Assembly (NCBI GenBank): GCA_038496445.1
Contig: JALMLS010000642.1
Span: forward strand, 33,836 to 97,835
Length of the DNA stretch: 64,000 bases
From: Trichosphaerium sp. ATCC 40318
Lineage: Eukaryota > Protista > Tubulinea
Direction: 5' to 3'
The notes beneath the pieces were generated by a model. That model was not told the DNA's origin and searched no databases. It was given only the letters and a program-made list of their open reading frames with translations. The position numbers and the translations under genes were made by a program. Numbering within the stretch: position 1 is the stretch's first letter; each line of letters starts with the position of its first letter. Of this stretch, positions 61,201 to 64,000 are shown one piece after another.

Positions 61201-64000
61201 CACCTCCAAAACAAAGTTGAAAGTTTGCTAGATGGATATACACGTGCAACTATAGCTTCAATAATGACGAAGCATTTCACCATTTCACCAATTATTTTAA
61301 AAGGAAAACATTCAAAGACAAACATTCAGTCGTCAACCATACTTCAACAACTTCGAGCATAGAGAATAGTCAACTTCTGAAGTCTGTAGTATGGGAAGAT
61401 CATACATACACAAGAAGACGTATATAGACCACTTTAGGATCAAATCAAGGTTACCAAAACAGCTTTTTTGTACTTGTGAAGCTTTTTGAGAAGTTTTAAA
61501 CTTCCATACGGCCTAAAAACGCAAGTGAGCTTTTGATGATAATAAAACTCCAAACCAAAAGTAAGAGTACGCACCTTGTGCTGTGTAAATAATAATTTGC
61601 TGTGGTGATGATACTGAGCCTCTGAGTATCATAAAAGTACCCAGGAAAGTGTTGTTAGAAATTGGCGTAGAAAATCCCTTTAAAAGTCAACTCTTGTCAG
61701 CACTATCAAAAAAAATCAGCAAAAGTGTCACGTGACAATTTGAAGTGACAAAAATAAAAAAAAAAAAAACCGTAAATCTTTTAAATCACGTGATTTATTA
61801 TCGTACCCATCTTTTCCATCATTTTGGATTAATGGGTCATAGATTTTTTAGGCTTAAGAAGCGCCAGACATGCTAGAACGTGTCATTTGATTTATTTAGC
61901 GATTTGACTGAGAACTGCCGATTTATTTTATTTATTAAGCATGCATGCTAGCGCGGAGGAGTTACAGCGTCTACAGGAGAGTTTCGTCAGAGATTTAAAT
62001 CGGGTGACTTATTTAGGCGAAAAACTTACTACTCAAGCGGCGTGGGCGTTTAAGGCCGCCGCTTGGCAGTGCGCTACTGAATTTGAAATTGCTTTTAGGA
62101 GACGTGCGTTGTCTAGCGGCGCCAGAACCCAGCGGCAGATTTCTTGGGCGATGACTTTTGTGGACTCTGCTAGTTTTTGAGCCAGAAGAGTTCTAGAAGA
62201 AAAAAAGTTAAGAACAGATTAAAAAAAAAGTGAGCGTACTTTATGGTCTTGGCATACGCTGGTTTTAGACTAGCCGCTTCGGCTTCAATACGTTTAGCTC
62301 CAAGACGATTGATGAGAATGCCAAAGAGAGGTTCAGCAGCTTCCTTCACCACTGCGATCTGTCAAACAAGCCAGATCGCCTTTTACAAGACAACTCACGT
62401 CTGTGCTCTTCTTTAGAGAAGACAAGTGTTTGTTTAACCAGAGCAGTAAGAATTTACCGCTTGAAGCAAGGGCGTTAGGTAGATACTGGATGATGCGATC
62501 AACACCGACAACCTATAGGTCCAGTAAGTAACTTGTAGGTTGCAAAAGCTAAGAACAATAAAAAAACGTACCTCAGCCCACTTATCGCAACACTCTTTGG
62601 TAGCCTTTTTGACATTTGGTTTACCATCAGAAAAGTATCCAGTAATAGCAGGTATCATGACGTTCATCTTACGATCAATAGAGGGTCCGACAGCAACAGC
62701 AACTGCACCAACAACACGAAGAGCTTGTGCAGCAATAGATTTATTGCTATCACCAAATCTCTTCTTCAATGAAGGCAGAAGGTTGTCTGTCTTAGGAGAG
62801 ATACTTGGATGATTAAACAGAAACATCTCAAGTTTATCCAACGCCTGTTTACGTTTCTTCCAATCTGAAGATTCAAGCATCTTCATAAGAGCAGGAGTAG
62901 CCTTCGAGAAAATCAACAAAACAAACTCTCAAGATGGAGGTTAAAAAAAATACGCACAACTTCTGTAATATCAGCTTTCGCTGAGGTAGGCGCAGCACTT
63001 TTGCAAGTACGTGTAGGTGAAGGGATATCAGCATCACCAACTTTATCAAAGGAGGCATTAATCTTCTTGTTTAGAGCGATATCGCTCAAAAAATGCTTGA
63101 TAATATCTCCAAGGTATTTGTACAACTGTAGAAAAAAGTAAGCAAAAACACAACATCTAGGCGGTATTCAACACGTACCTCAACAACTAGGCCAATAGAT
63201 GCTTCTCGCACGCCAGCGTTTGTAGCTGAAAGGCTCTTTTTAGCAAAATTAACGAGTGCCTTTTTGTTTACAGCAGAGATGCCAAATTCTTTCAATGAAG
63301 AAATCAAGTATAAGATAGAGTTTTGTGTTACTTTTGGCATTGAGTGGTTATCAGCGTATGAGATGACCGTGAATAACTTGTACCCCAAGTGAGGGTACTG
63401 AGACACTCAGAAGCGCTTGGCCTTACTTTAGAGTCCATCAATTTGGTGCATAAACCTAAAGGATAATCAGAGTCTTGCTTCAATTCATCTTACAAATTAA
63501 AAAAAAGCATCATTAACGCACCTTCAATAACAGACAAGCCATCGCGTTTCGTAATTGTGTTGGAACGCTTAGCAATCACAGTCACTGTTTGGAATACTTT
63601 TGAGCATATTTGAAAGTTGCTGTCCTTGAAACCAGGCTTCACAGCCAAAAGTGACAATAGAGTAGATGTGTTTTGGTCAAGCGTATCTTGGTCCATTTTT
63701 TTGACATCACCAAGAAGCTTGTCAATAGCAGCAAGGCGTTCTTTACGATCAGAAGATGTGAGATGACCAATGAGAACACTAGATACAACTTTTGATGCCC
63801 GTTCAACAGCTTCTTTAGCATCATACACAGGTCCTATCGCAAAGTTAATAAAGTACATAAAAATGTCTTGAAAAAAAACACAAAGAACAGTACCTTTTGG
63901 TTCAGGTGCTCTCTTACTACCACGTCTAACTGGTGTTTTAGGACCGCGACCACGTGGTTTTTTTACCTCCAACAGTGCGTCTCATAGCCTTCTTTGGTGC
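58216..64000 (-). CDS. CKAP5: XMAP215/ch-TOG/Dis1 microtubule polymerase (5' part lies outside the window; indels in the last ~3 kb)
   Basis: TOG HEAT motifs KPGFKDSNFQI, ESSDWKKRKQAL, RFGDSNK, DGKPNVK, NLDLILKW; family C-terminal RLCKYLLNTLMQIF and KKGLQELYAF. Confidence 0.9.

Noticed and set aside
61941-62180. GC-rich 79-aa plus-strand ORF as a nested gene
   Set aside because: It is the antisense of a low-complexity linker exon of the XMAP215 gene.

Overview
AT-rich (roughly 35% GC by eye), gene-dense eukaryotic DNA from a protist, probably amoebozoan-like (inferred from gene content and GTACGT/GTGCGT donors). It uses the standard genetic code and has many short spliceosomal introns, so the ORF track shows only exon fragments. 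About 22 genes can be reconstructed: CFIm25/NUDT21, an RBR E3 ligase, two acid lipases, an F-box-SPRY protein, a DOCK GEF, an ABCB half-transporter, PIG-M, a PA-domain 7TM protein, a P450, ABCF, a CAP-C-like protein, C1D, a carotenoid oxygenase, a C-type lectin, a bacterial-like fusion protein, AlkB, an actin-related protein, XMAP215/ch-TOG and small hypotheticals. The most unusual region is 5.4-12.8 kb. There, two inverted copies of a secreted dermatopontin-like gene flank an intronless F-box gene carrying 17 MORN-variant repeats of about 72 bp, with an invariant nucleotide core and combinatorially varied codons. A decayed second MORN-variant gene lies at 54.2-54.6 kb. Window-wide signals are a strong excess of CACGTG/TCACGTGA palindromes, mostly non-coding, and at least 9 GC-AG introns. 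The last ~3 kb appears to carry indel errors. All gene models were made by eye, so exon boundaries are approximate.
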